64,000 nt of DNA from the NCBI GenBank assembly GCA_040217195.1, contig JAVJNR010000008.1:192001-256000 (forward strand). Direction: 5' to 3'. Source of the stretch: Leptospiraceae bacterium (GTDB taxonomy: Bacteria; Spirochaetota; Leptospiria; Leptospirales; Leptonemataceae). Each line of letters opens with the position of its first letter. Position 1 is the stretch's first letter. The translations under genes and the position numbers were made by a program. Shown in pieces: positions 51,545 through 61,876 of this stretch. The notes below the pieces were generated by a model, which made no database searches, was not told the origin of the DNA, and saw only the letters and a program-made list of their open reading frames with translations.

Positions 51545-53449
51545 ATGCAGATTCAGGAACTAATATCTAAGACCTTTTTTCGAGGAGATGTTTGGATTGT
51601 ATCCGTCTCCGTCAGCCTGGCAATACTGCTGCTTGTGATTCTAATGGTCTATGCTCTTATCAAATGGATGAAAAGGCCTGGATCCAGGCCTCGCAAGGCG
51701 CCTTCGGTAATCAAGACAGCTGCCAGCGCAGAAAAATCGCAGCCAGGGGACTCTCAAGACCAGCAAGTGTCAAAAGAAAACTCGATTACTGAGAAAGCTG
51801 AGACTGGCAAAGAACCGCAAGGCCAGCCATCCGAGACAACTGCACAACCGGATTATTCCTGGATACAGGAAGCAGAGATCCGGCCTGTGGCTGCCGCTGA
51901 ACCCCGGGCCGAGGAAGCCACAGGTTTCATGCCCCGGGACGATTCCACCTGGAAGGATCAGTCCGGATTGCCGGCTGCCTGGAGGGAGTCGAGTCAACAC
52001 AGCGGAGCCGATATTTCCGCGGAGCCTCTGGCCCCAATTCTTGACCTGAAATCCCAGATGGTGGACGCTGCTCTAATATCCATTCCGGAGTATCCAGTGC
52101 CCATTGGACAGAGTCTTTCCAGCGCCCGGCAGCCCCAGTCCTCCGGTGCCCCTGCTGCTATTTCAAGAGAGGATGGCCTTTTCGACGTATACAGGAATGT
52201 ATCTTTTCTGCGAAGTCATCTACGTTCCGGTCTTGATCCGGCTGACTTATTTTTTTCCGGAATGGGCGGCGATGTAGCGGTTAACAGCCATCCGTATGTA
52301 TTGTTTTTGCCTGAATTTGCTCACGATCCAGACATACGTAGAAGAACGGAGAATATACTTCAAACTGCGGCTGCTGGCTATATGCAAAGAGGGCTGGATA
52401 AGCTGGCTTCTGTGGAAAAGGAAGCTGTGGCCTGGACCATTCGTTTTCTATTCTGGAAAGGTAGATTGGACAAAGCCATGAGTTTGCTCTATCGTTTTGC
52501 CGCTTCGCAAAACAGTGAGTTGAATCGGATCCGCAGTTTGCTGGCAGCCTGTCTGGAGGATTCATTACTGCATAGAGTCTATTCACTGTCTGAATCGGAA
52601 GCGGCCGGGTATGATCGGGCCTTGATGGGGATTCCATCTGAGAGTATTCGCGGATTGCGCAGCAGCCTGGCTTTTCAGGGCGCCACCGATACAGAGGATT
52701 TTCAATCTCTTCGTCCCTTTACCGAACTGGATCGGAGGAATGCTCGCTGGTTGTATCTACATTTACTACATAGAGGTCATCTGTTTATGGCCTTTCGACT
52801 CTGTTATCAATTGAGCAAGACCGATGTAACGTTTGAAGATGAATTGCTCTATCTGGCCGGTATCCAGGGTCGGTATAGATTGATGTTGCGTATACTTCTT
52901 GAATTGCCCGCCAGAAATTCCTTCTTCCGCCTGGCAGTCCTGAAACATGGAATGAGCAACCTGGCCCAGGAGGATGCTCAGAAGTACCTGCATAAACTCC
53001 AAAAGCATTGGCCGGAAGCCACGGAAGAGGCACTGGAAAGCGTTGAGCCATTTGCGGAATTCCAGGGAGCCGATACAATGCGAAGAAGCCCTGGAAACAT
53101 TCTTGGTTCCATCGCCAACCCCATGGATCGTTCGGAACTATTGGACTGGATGGACCTGGCAGCTTACCGATCCAGATCTGGCTTTCATGCAGGCGGACTC
53201 AATCGTGCTGCGGTGTTACTCTATACAGTGCTCAGATCGCATCGAAATGCCAGACCTGGATTTGAGCAACGGGCCCGTCGATTCTTTGAAAAGGCAGCCA
53301 GAATGTCCAATGTGGCCAGGCATTACTATGTACTATGGTTGAAAGATACCGAACAATGGCAGGAAGCCCGATACCAGGCTGAGTACTTTATTAGGCATTT
53401 TCCGGATCTGGAATACTTTCATGAACAATTTGTGAGTCTATCCCGCTGA
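51545..53449 (+). CDS. Hypothetical membrane-anchored protein with disordered linker and helical C-terminus
   Basis: 634-aa ORF with a single N-terminal TM helix. Confidence 0.7.
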   Translation: MQIQELISKTFFRGDVWIVSVSVSLAILLLVILMVYALIKWMKRPGSRPRKAPSVIKTAASAEKSQPGDSQDQQVSKENSITEKAETGKEPQGQPSETTAQPDYSWIQEAEIRPVAAAEPRAEEATGFMPRDDSTWKDQSGLPAAWRESSQHSGADISAEPLAPILDLKSQMVDAALISIPEYPVPIGQSLSSARQPQSSGAPAAISREDGLFDVYRNVSFLRSHLRSGLDPADLFFSGMGGDVAVNSHPYVLFLPEFAHDPDIRRRTENILQTAAAGYMQRGLDKLASVEKEAVAWTIRFLFWKGRLDKAMSLLYRFAASQNSELNRIRSLLAACLEDSLLHRVYSLSESEAAGYDRALMGIPSESIRGLRSSLAFQGATDTEDFQSLRPFTELDRRNARWLYLHLLHRGHLFMAFRLCYQLSKTDVTFEDELLYLAGIQGRYRLMLRILLELPARNSFFRLAVLKHGMSNLAQEDAQKYLHKLQKHWPEATEEALESVEPFAEFQGADTMRRSPGNILGSIANPMDRSELLDWMDLAAYRSRSGFHAGGLNRAAVLLYTVLRSHRNARPGFEQRARRFFEKAARMSNVARHYYVLWLKDTEQWQEARYQAEYFIRHFPDLEYFHEQFVSLSR

Positions 53450-53492
53450 TAAAAGTTCTTGCCGGTATTGCCGTTACCAGGAGGATCAATAC

Positions 53493-54314
53493 GTGGATCT
53501 CAATCAGGACCAGCTATCAGAAATCGATAAGCTCACCCGTTATATCAAGCAAATGGAAGGTATTGTACGTACCTCACCCAATCCGGACCAGGTGGCACGG
53601 GTAAAGAGGGAACTGCAAAAATACCGGGAAAAGTTAAAAGTGATGTATCCGGACTTCGATCCCGGGCAGCAGCAGGTGGACGATGTGCGAAAGGAGCTGG
53701 GCCTGGATGGAGGAGGATCTTCCGGCAGTTCTGCAGGCAGTAAATCGGAGTCTTCGGCAATTACCGGTCATGACATTCTGGACAAGTTTCCGGTCGCCAA
53801 AGCATCCCCGAATTGCAGCGATCATGATGTGAATTTTCTGGCAACCATCCTTCATGTAATTCAGAAGGAATACTGGCCGGCCATTAGCGAACAGCATACC
53901 AGAATGGATTTTTCCCTGAACCAGGAGAGAGATACAGTACGTCATCATCTGGATACAGCACTTCGAAATCTAAAAATACTCACCGAAACAATTGAGGAGT
54001 ATGCCCAGGCCGAAAAGCAGGATTTCCGGGAGCAGCTTCTGAAAATGAAAAATAAGCAGACCCGTGTATTCCTCTTTGAAACCAATGATATGCTCCGGCT
54101 TTTGCGAGAGTTCATGCGCAAGGTAGCCGATGATATTCATCAAAATGGGTCTGGGGTACAGAACAAGAGTGACCGGATTCAATTCAATGCAAAATTCGAG
54201 GATGCCACCATGCTGGACGGATACAGCATCCGCGATGCAGTGCTGGAATTTCTGGAATTACTGGATCAGACCATTGCTCAATTACGTCTGCCGCAGATGA
54301 AGCAGGGCGGCTAA
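53493..54314 (+). CDS. Hypothetical helical protein
   Basis: GGAGG RBS, 273-aa coiled-coil-like ORF. Confidence 0.75.
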   Translation: MDLNQDQLSEIDKLTRYIKQMEGIVRTSPNPDQVARVKRELQKYREKLKVMYPDFDPGQQQVDDVRKELGLDGGGSSGSSAGSKSESSAITGHDILDKFPVAKASPNCSDHDVNFLATILHVIQKEYWPAISEQHTRMDFSLNQERDTVRHHLDTALRNLKILTETIEEYAQAEKQDFREQLLKMKNKQTRVFLFETNDMLRLLREFMRKVADDIHQNGSGVQNKSDRIQFNAKFEDATMLDGYSIRDAVLEFLELLDQTIAQLRLPQMKQGG

Positions 54315-54458
54315 ACAGGAAATGCTTTTCCAGGGATTCAGGGCCGCTGTTGGCCACCGGACCTGATCCATTGGGCCTAATATCTGTTACGGGACGTATT
54401 AAAGGGGATAGAACTCAAAAATGATTGGACATAACAGCGATTCGAAGGACTTTGCGCT

Positions 54459-54896
54459 ATGGCTCTGGTAAAGACAGCATCTGAAGTAACCAACTCCACC
54501 ATCGGGGAAAATTCCTACTTTAGCGGTCGGTTCTTCATTAATGGTTCACTGAAGATCGATGGCAAGTTCGAAGGGAAGTCCCTGCAGGCGGATCAACTGT
54601 ATATCGGGGTTTCCGGAAGAGTAAAGACCAATATCACAGCCACCTCTGTTATCGTAGAGGGAATCATTGTAGGTAACATCACAGCCAGAAATCGAGTGAT
54701 GCTGCTGCCCACGGCTCGAATCCTGGGCGATATTAGCACTCCTGAGCTTATTATCCAGAACGGTGTCATTCTGGAAGGTAGATGCATGATCTCAAACGAC
54801 CTGAAACATTCAGCTCGAGATTTCATTGAAGCAGAGTATGGCAGGGACAACCTATCCCTGGAAAAACTCTTTGGACCGCGAGCAAAAGCGTCCTGA
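54459..54896 (+). CDS. Bactofilin (polymer-forming cytoskeletal protein)
   Basis: STIGENSYFSG, LKIDGKFEG, VIVEGIIVGNI, GVILEGRC. Confidence 0.92.
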   Translation: MALVKTASEVTNSTIGENSYFSGRFFINGSLKIDGKFEGKSLQADQLYIGVSGRVKTNITATSVIVEGIIVGNITARNRVMLLPTARILGDISTPELIIQNGVILEGRCMISNDLKHSARDFIEAEYGRDNLSLEKLFGPRAKAS

Positions 54897-55896
54897 TTCG
54901 GTTATTATCTCCGCCGGAGATCCGGCCGGTGTAGGACCGGAATTACTCCTTCATCTGGTGGAGCAGTATGAACCGTCCGGCCCATCCTGGCTAATCTTTC
55001 ATTCCTCATCCAATTCAGAAGATCTTGTGGCTTTGCTGGAAAAGCGAAGCGGCAGGGATGTACTGAGAATTTCCTATTCCAGGCTGGAAGATCTAAGGGA
55101 TACTGTGGCTCAGGCCATGTCCGCACCTGGTCAGGTGGCAGTGGTGGAGCCGGATGAACCCTCCGTGAAGCCAGGTCATCCTTCAGAACGGTCCGGAGCC
55201 CTGGCCTTTCAGGCATTGAAATCCTCCTGTGACTGGATCCAGGATCATGGATGCAGAGGTCTACTTACGGCACCGCTTTCCAAAGAGCATGTGCATATGG
55301 CCGGGCAGTCCGGATTCAGCGGTCATACCGGTTACCTGGCCCATCGATTTGGGCGTAGGGTGCTCATGCTCATGCATGGGCAGAGATTTTCTGTATTACC
55401 ATTAACCGTCCACATCCCAATCAAGGATGTGCCAGTGGCTCTAAAAGAAACGGTGGAGAAGCCGGAGCTTCTGGACGAAATTCGAGAAATCATGGAAAGA
55501 CCGGCCTTTAAGGGCAAAAAACTAGCACTCTGTGGCTTGAATCCTCATAGCGGGGAAGGAGGCCTTCTAGGTTCTGAAGAGCAGGACTATTTAATCGATT
55601 TTGCTGACAGGCTCTCCAGGCAGGGCCTGAATGTGGATGGGCCTCTATCTGCGGATGGACTGTTTACCGAGCATTCCAGAAATCAGTACCGGCTCATACT
55701 GGCCTGCTATCATGACCAGGGCCTGATACCGTTTAAATCTCTGGAGGGAATGAATGGAATCAATGTTACCGTGGGTCTTCCATTTCTTCGCACCAGTCCA
55801 GACCACGGCACCGCCTTTTCTCTGGCCGGAAAAGGCATTGCAAGTCCTACCAGTATGATTCAGTCTTATCGAGCCATTGTACAGGGAGAGCTCTGA
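54871..55896 (+). CDS. pdxA: 4-hydroxythreonine-4-phosphate dehydrogenase
   Basis: GDPAGVGPE, GHTGYLA, NPHSGE, YHDQGLIP, RTSPDHGTA; start uncertain (TTG 54871 or ATG 54838). Confidence 0.9.
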   Translation: MDREQKRPDSVIISAGDPAGVGPELLLHLVEQYEPSGPSWLIFHSSSNSEDLVALLEKRSGRDVLRISYSRLEDLRDTVAQAMSAPGQVAVVEPDEPSVKPGHPSERSGALAFQALKSSCDWIQDHGCRGLLTAPLSKEHVHMAGQSGFSGHTGYLAHRFGRRVLMLMHGQRFSVLPLTVHIPIKDVPVALKETVEKPELLDEIREIMERPAFKGKKLALCGLNPHSGEGGLLGSEEQDYLIDFADRLSRQGLNVDGPLSADGLFTEHSRNQYRLILACYHDQGLIPFKSLEGMNGINVTVGLPFLRTSPDHGTAFSLAGKGIASPTSMIQSYRAIVQGEL

Positions 55897-55901
55897 TTGA
55901 T

Positions 55902-56360
55902 ATGTTAGAACTGAAATCCATAATTCTGCCGATCTATGTTCTCTGGTGCTTTCTACTCCTGTTCTTTTTATTTCGCAAGGGACCTGGAGCACTCTGGAAA
56001 GCCAGTGCACTTCTTATATTTGCCTTTTATGGATTCTATCATTACAAAGAGTTGATGCTTTCCTACCATGCATTTGAGGAAAGCTTCAATGTTACTCTGG
56101 TATCCATGGGAATCAATCTGTTCCGAAGCTTTGGATCTGTGCTATTTCTTATCTGGCCCATTATGCTCTGGGTGTCCTACTATGCAGCCTCCGACGAACT
56201 ATCTAAAACAGTCATTCGATGGATGGTACTGCTCACTCTGTTCTTCTGGGTTTTTTATTTTCTATTCGAGTTCTATCCTCCTGTAGACCGACATACCGTA
56301 GAACAGTGGCTGCCGGGGAAGTTTTCTATGCCGGATATACCATCTCCGCCCACGAAGTGA
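55902..56360 (+). CDS. Hypothetical membrane protein (about 4 TM)
   Basis: Hydrophobic ORF within the pdxA-dapA gene run. Confidence 0.75.
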   Translation: MLELKSIILPIYVLWCFLLLFFLFRKGPGALWKASALLIFAFYGFYHYKELMLSYHAFEESFNVTLVSMGINLFRSFGSVLFLIWPIMLWVSYYAASDELSKTVIRWMVLLTLFFWVFYFLFEFYPPVDRHTVEQWLPGKFSMPDIPSPPTK

Positions 56361-56403
56361 AAAATCACTTGTCCAGCCAACTCCGACCATCCACGGAGTA
56401 AAT

Positions 56404-57288
56404 ATGCAGTTTCAGGGCCTCTATACAGCTATCATGACCCCGTTTCAGAAAGGGGGGGCCTCCATCGATTTTGGAGCCTACGGAGACCTTATTGAGAAAC
56501 AGGTGGAGGCCGGGCTGGCCGGTGTTGTTCCCTGTGGAACTACCGGTGAGTCTCCCACATTGAGCCATGAGGAGCATCGGGAGCTTATCCAGAAAACCGT
56601 GGAACTGGTCAATGGAAGAATGGCCGTTATTCCTGGAACAGGATCCAATTCGACCAGGGAAGCCATAGAACTCACTACCGATGCCTGCTCCATGGGCGTG
56701 GATGCAGTGATGCTGGTGAATCCGTATTACAATAAACCATCCCAGGAAGGTCTCTATCAGCACTTCAAAGCGATAGCAGAGAAATCCACAAAGCCAGTCG
56801 TTCTCTATAATATTAAAGGACGCACCGCAGTAAATATTGAGCCAGAAACCATTCGTCGATTGGTGGAAATCGATACGATCCAGGTCGTTAAAGAAGCCTC
56901 AGGAGATCCAGGTCAAATGGCTCGCATTATGCGACTTTGCGGAGATCGAATTTCCATGCTTTCCGGCGATGATAACATTACACCCGCTGTGATGGGACTG
57001 GGCGGCCGGGGAGTAATTTCCGTCGCATCCAACATCTATCCAAAGAAGTTGAACCGAATGGTAAATCATTTCCTTCAGGGAAACTTTGCGGCCGGCAACC
57101 AGGTATTCTATGAGCTTCTGGATATGATGAATGCAATGTTCTGGGAGACCAATCCGGTTCCGGTAAAGGCGGCTGCAGAAATTAAGGGATTGTGTAACGG
57201 GGAATTGCGGCTGCCTCTGGTGGCCCTTCCCGATGAGACGAGAGTCAGACTTAAATCGGTACTGGAACAGCTTGGAGAGGACAATTGA
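56404..57288 (+). CDS. dapA: 4-hydroxy-tetrahydrodipicolinate synthase
   Basis: GTTGESPTL, PYYNKP, LYNI, VKEASG. Confidence 0.97.
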   Translation: MQFQGLYTAIMTPFQKGGASIDFGAYGDLIEKQVEAGLAGVVPCGTTGESPTLSHEEHRELIQKTVELVNGRMAVIPGTGSNSTREAIELTTDACSMGVDAVMLVNPYYNKPSQEGLYQHFKAIAEKSTKPVVLYNIKGRTAVNIEPETIRRLVEIDTIQVVKEASGDPGQMARIMRLCGDRISMLSGDDNITPAVMGLGGRGVISVASNIYPKKLNRMVNHFLQGNFAAGNQVFYELLDMMNAMFWETNPVPVKAAAEIKGLCNGELRLPLVALPDETRVRLKSVLEQLGEDN

Positions 57289-58082
57289 GCCGTTATTGTA
57301 TGTCCGGCGCTGCCGGTCGCATGGGCCGGGCCATCATTGGATGTCAGGCTCAGGCTGGACTGGAGCTTTCGGGGGCCCTGGAACGGGCTGGATCGGAATA
57401 TCTGGGTCAGGATGCCGGGGCTCTGGCCGGTATTGGAAGCCTGGGTATAGAAATCACTTCAGATCCAGCAACCGCCTTGAAAGAGGCGGGCGCGGTTATC
57501 GATTTTTCCTCACCAGAAAACACCCTGTCACTTGCAAGGTCCTGCACTGAAAGTGGTACAGGTCTTGTAGTAGGCACCACTGGGTTCAGTGAAGAACAGA
57601 AAAAGGAACTTCAGGGATATTCCAAAAAGATTCCTTTGCTCATTTCTCCCAATATGTCTCTGGGCGTGAACGTACTGTTTCATTTAACTCGAATGGCCGC
57701 CCGAGTTCTTGGTCCGGACTATGCAGCGGAAGTTACCGAAATTCACCATCGACATAAAAAGGATGCTCCCTCGGGCACCGCAGTGAAGCTACTGGAAATC
57801 CTGGAAGAGCAATTTGGTTTGAGTGCCGGGGATGTTGTGCATGGTCGAAGCGGTCTTACCGGCGAAAGACCAAAAAATCAAATCGGCTCCCATGCATTGA
57901 GAGGTGGCGATGTTGTGGGCGATCATACTGTATTTCTGCTGGGCGAAGGAGAAAGAATCGAGATTACTCATAGAGCCGCATCCAGAAATACCTTTGCCAT
58001 GGGAGCCCTTCGAGCCGCAAAATGGCTGGATGGACAGAAACCAGGTCTATATTCCATGGATAGTGTGCTGGGATTGAGTTAA
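57285..58082 (+). CDS. dapB: 4-hydroxy-tetrahydrodipicolinate reductase
   Basis: GAAGRMG, GTTG, EIHHRHKKDAPSGTA. Confidence 0.97.
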   Translation: MSRYCMSGAAGRMGRAIIGCQAQAGLELSGALERAGSEYLGQDAGALAGIGSLGIEITSDPATALKEAGAVIDFSSPENTLSLARSCTESGTGLVVGTTGFSEEQKKELQGYSKKIPLLISPNMSLGVNVLFHLTRMAARVLGPDYAAEVTEIHHRHKKDAPSGTAVKLLEILEEQFGLSAGDVVHGRSGLTGERPKNQIGSHALRGGDVVGDHTVFLLGEGERIEITHRAASRNTFAMGALRAAKWLDGQKPGLYSMDSVLGLS

Positions 58083-58885
58083 TGGAATTCGATAGTCTAC
58101 TACAGCTACTCAGGCCATTTCTGCGCTTCCTGGACATCTTCGTAGTAGCCTATCTGCTCTATAGAATCTATATGCTGCTTAGCCGAACCAGGGCCATGCA
58201 GCTTTTGATTGGCTTTGGCTTTATTTTGATGCTGGATTTGCTGGCCAGGCGATTACATCTAGAAACACTTTCCTGGATCATTACGAATGTATCCTCCTAT
58301 CTGGTCTTTGGTCTGATCGTATTATTGCAGCCGGAATTGCGAAGGCTTGTATCTGAAATAGGTAGAATGCCTATTTTTCAGTGGGTGAATGCTCCGGCAG
58401 TTCTACCTCTGGAAGAACTGACAGAAGCATCCATCAGCATGGCTCGACAGAAAGTAGGATCCATCATAATACTTCTTCGAGAAATTAGACCGCAAACCAT
58501 TATAGACAATGCAGTGCGAGTGGATGGACTGATTACCAGAGAATTGATTGAAACTATCTTCCATAAGGATACACCGCTCCACGATGGGGCCATGATGATC
58601 GAAAACAATCGCATCATAGCTGCTTCCTGTTATCTTCCTCTATCTAATTCCAGAGTTCTGAAGAAGACCCATGGAGCCAGACACCGGGCCGCCATGGGCA
58701 TTAGCGAAGAGACAGATGCTGTTATTATTGTAACCTCGGAAGAAACGGGAAAGATTACACTGATGTGCAATGGTCAGATGTACACTCCAATTAAGGGCGA
58801 TGATCTGCATGACAGGATTCAGGAACTGTGGTCCAGGACACGCAAGAAAAGGGCTCTGGATAAAAAAGAAGAGGGGGCACAATGA
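58082..58885 (+). CDS. cdaA: Diadenylate cyclase CdaA/DacA
   Basis: Three TM helices, LHDGA and RHRAA motifs. Confidence 0.95.
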   Translation: MEFDSLLQLLRPFLRFLDIFVVAYLLYRIYMLLSRTRAMQLLIGFGFILMLDLLARRLHLETLSWIITNVSSYLVFGLIVLLQPELRRLVSEIGRMPIFQWVNAPAVLPLEELTEASISMARQKVGSIIILLREIRPQTIIDNAVRVDGLITRELIETIFHKDTPLHDGAMMIENNRIIAASCYLPLSNSRVLKKTHGARHRAAMGISEETDAVIIVTSEETGKITLMCNGQMYTPIKGDDLHDRIQELWSRTRKKRALDKKEEGAQ

Positions 58886-59925
58886 CTCTGGATCTGGCAC
58901 GTCGAGTGGTACTTTTCTTCACCAGAAACTGGAAGGTTAAGCTGGGAAGCGTATTAATTGCATCCATGCTCTTTTTCTATGTTCAGTGGACCAGAAATGT
59001 TACCCGGGTATTTCATATTCGAGTAGAGCGACCGGACATTCCGGAAGATTTAATCCTTAGCTCTCGTATTCCGTCCTTTATGGATGTGCAGTTCTACGGG
59101 CCCGCAGAAGAGATGGAGTTTAATGCCTCTGCATTTCGAATTACTGTATTTTCGCCAGCCAAGCCCATTCCAGGAAAGAATCAGTACAAAGTCATTCTCA
59201 TACCCGATCCGCCCGGAGAGATAGAAGCCAAGTATGATAAAGACCTGGAAGTAACTCTGGATCGTAGCCTGACAAGAGAACTACCGGTGGATCCAACACT
59301 AGAACTGGCTTCTCTTTCCGATGTAGGCCTGGGCTATGTATCCACCAGTCCGCCCAGTATCAGAGTTCAGGGGCCCCATTCCATTGTAGCAGAAATGGAT
59401 CGCATCCCCACCCGGGAGATGCTGATCAGCGAAACCAGAGACATTGTTCAGAAGAAGGTGCTGATTTCGGACCTGCCGGAATTCGTATCTGTTGCCCCCA
59501 ACCAGGAACTGGAAGTCCAGGTACGGGCTCGATTGCTTTCCCTGACTGCCAAAGAGGATGAAGAGGAAAGAGTGCTCGAAGAATTGCCAGTTCGGTGCAT
59601 TAATCAGCTATCCGATCTAAACATGAAAGTTCTGGGTAATGGAACCGTGGACCTGAGAGTTCGCTCAGAGGAGCCGGTAAATAAGAATCAATTCGATGTT
59701 CGGGTGTATTGTCCTGCATTCTTTGATCCCTACAATCGCTCCATTAAGCCCACATTCATAATTCATGATCTTCCTATCATGGTCACAGATCGACTGAATC
59801 GACCAGAAGTAGAAATCCTGGATGTATTGCCGGCCAGAGTTACGGTGCAGTTCGAAAGAATCGTGCCCAGACAGAGACCGGAAAATGAAGTACAGCAGGG
59901 ATTTCAGGAGCACTTGATGCCATGA
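58882..59925 (+). CDS. cdaR: CdaR/YbbR-like regulator
   Basis: RNWKVKLGSV TM start, beta-rich repeats; ATGA overlap with cdaA. Confidence 0.75.
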   Translation: MTLDLARRVVLFFTRNWKVKLGSVLIASMLFFYVQWTRNVTRVFHIRVERPDIPEDLILSSRIPSFMDVQFYGPAEEMEFNASAFRITVFSPAKPIPGKNQYKVILIPDPPGEIEAKYDKDLEVTLDRSLTRELPVDPTLELASLSDVGLGYVSTSPPSIRVQGPHSIVAEMDRIPTREMLISETRDIVQKKVLISDLPEFVSVAPNQELEVQVRARLLSLTAKEDEEERVLEELPVRCINQLSDLNMKVLGNGTVDLRVRSEEPVNKNQFDVRVYCPAFFDPYNRSIKPTFIIHDLPIMVTDRLNRPEVEILDVLPARVTVQFERIVPRQRPENEVQQGFQEHLMP

Positions 59926-60299
59926 TTCTTGGACTGGGAACGGACCTGGTGGAAAATCACCGAATTAGACAGGCACTGGATCGCTTTGGCGACCGATTTT
60001 TAAATAGAGTTTATTCGGAAGAAGAGATTCAATACTCCCTTTCGCATGAAGACCCTGTACCCTATTTGTCCGCTCGATTCGCAGTGAAGGAGGCGGCCAT
60101 CAAAGCGTTGAATCTCACCGAGCAGGTGGGTTTGAGCTATCAAGATGTGCAGGTGGGCGGCAAGGTCTTTGGAAAGAAGAAATTAATTCTGTCCAGGAAA
60201 GCTCGAGAGCTTGCCGACGGCATGGGTGTGCAGCAATTCCATATCTCTTTGAGTCATACTAACGGAATGAGTATGGCAGTGGTCATTCTGGAATCCTGA
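59922..60299 (+). CDS. acpS: Holo-ACP synthase
   Basis: GLGTDLV, ARFAVKEA, ISLSH. Confidence 0.95.
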   Translation: MILGLGTDLVENHRIRQALDRFGDRFLNRVYSEEEIQYSLSHEDPVPYLSARFAVKEAAIKALNLTEQVGLSYQDVQVGGKVFGKKKLILSRKARELADGMGVQQFHISLSHTNGMSMAVVILES

Positions 60300-60328
60300 T
60301 GAGTCCGAAAAGTCACTAATCCATAGAG

Positions 60329-61876
60329 TTATTCAGAAATTCGAATATCGATCTTTCTTTCCAGTGCTTGCTCCAGCAAATCTTTGCGCAGCACGGCCCC
60401 ATGTTCCTCTAAAGAAAGATCATCGCCCGGCTTAAGCTTCTGCGAAGGATGTATGAAAAACAATAGATCCTTTCCCTGCTTTTTCACTTTTACATCATCC
60501 ACACGTCCGGATTCTCCACGACTAAGTCCGATGGAAATTCGCAGAACACCTGCCAGAACCTTAACCAGATTCCGATCATAGCGATTCAAGTCCTCGTATT
60601 CGGAGTGTTTCTTGGAAGGCAGTGCTTTTCTATGATACCTGGCAATAGCTGCAATTACATCGATTTCTCGTCCGGTAAAGCCCAGTAGCATTTCTGAGTT
60701 CTGAATAATGTAATGGCTATGTTTATGATGAGCCGAGTGAGCTATGGCGATTCCACAATTATGCAATAGAGCAGCGTATTCCAGGACTTCCCGTTCCACT
60801 TCCTCTGCATAGAAGACTCCTGCTGCGGCCAGAGAATCCAGGATAATTAATGAAAGACTGGAACAAACCTGGGCCGGTCCTTCCTGAGGCACCATTCTTC
60901 GGGCCAATTGAAGAACCGAGTTCTTTCGAATACCGGAAAGATCTTTGCTTCTGCTGTTTCTGTGAAATGAATCGAATACTACCCCTTCGCGAAGAGCAAA
61001 CGGGCTGTACACCATGGTCTTGATCCCCAGTATGCGAAACGATTCCTGAAGCAACAATGCGCCCGCCACAATAATGTCGGAACGCTTCTCATCCAGGCCC
61101 AGTTTAGACTCCCTTTGCTTTCTATTCTTACAATCCAGAAGGAGCTCCACAACCTCATCGAGCTCTTGCGCTGACATGTCCCGGGCATCTCCGTCGCCTT
61201 TACGAATATGCTGCTGAACCAGTTCAATCAATGTCCGAGCTGTGCCCGAAGATCCAATAACCGTATCCGGGATATTCTCCGGCATTTCAGCTTTTAACCC
61301 CAGCAGGTTCAGTCGAAGGAAGTATCTAGCATCTTCAATACCAGATACGCTTACCTGTCCGTCCGGGAAAAACCGATCCGTAAGTCGAATAGCTCCTAGT
61401 TTCAAACTGGTGGCGAACTCAGGCACTCCTCCCTGTCCAATGAGATATTCGGTGGAGCCTCCACCTATGTCGATAAGAAGGATTCTCTCATCAAATACGG
61501 GTAGAGCCTGCAGTATTCCAAGATAGATCAGTCGGGCCTCTTCATTTCCCTGGATTACATCCACTCGAAGTCCGGTTTCTTTTTTGACCTGCTTTAGAAA
61601 TTCATCTCTGTTTCGCGCCTCTCGCACAGCCGATGTGGCCACCGCACGAACCGAAGCATTCCTATTTTTTGCAATTCGATTGAATCGATTCAGACAATCG
61701 ATAGCTCTTTTCATGGCTTCTGGCGTAATAGTTTCCAGGTCACCGGCACCGCTTCCCAGTCTTACAGTTTCTTTTTCCCTGGTAAGCATCTGAAATCCGC
61801 CAGATTCGGTGGGCTCTACGATTACCATGTGGAAGGAATTTGTGCCCATGTCTATGGCGGCCAGTGCTGAACTCAT
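60329..61876 (-). CDS. ppx: Exopolyphosphatase Ppx/GppA with HD-like C-terminus
   Basis: AIDMGTNSFH, ATSAVREARN, DIGGGSTE, ALREG. Confidence 0.92.
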   Translation of the reverse strand: MSSALAAIDMGTNSFHMVIVEPTESGGFQMLTREKETVRLGSGAGDLETITPEAMKRAIDCLNRFNRIAKNRNASVRAVATSAVREARNRDEFLKQVKKETGLRVDVIQGNEEARLIYLGILQALPVFDERILLIDIGGGSTEYLIGQGGVPEFATSLKLGAIRLTDRFFPDGQVSVSGIEDARYFLRLNLLGLKAEMPENIPDTVIGSSGTARTLIELVQQHIRKGDGDARDMSAQELDEVVELLLDCKNRKQRESKLGLDEKRSDIIVAGALLLQESFRILGIKTMVYSPFALREGVVFDSFHRNSRSKDLSGIRKNSVLQLARRMVPQEGPAQVCSSLSLIILDSLAAAGVFYAEEVEREVLEYAALLHNCGIAIAHSAHHKHSHYIIQNSEMLLGFTGREIDVIAAIARYHRKALPSKKHSEYEDLNRYDRNLVKVLAGVLRISIGLSRGESGRVDDVKVKKQGKDLLFFIHPSQKLKPGDDLSLEEHGAVLRKDLLEQALERKIDIRISE

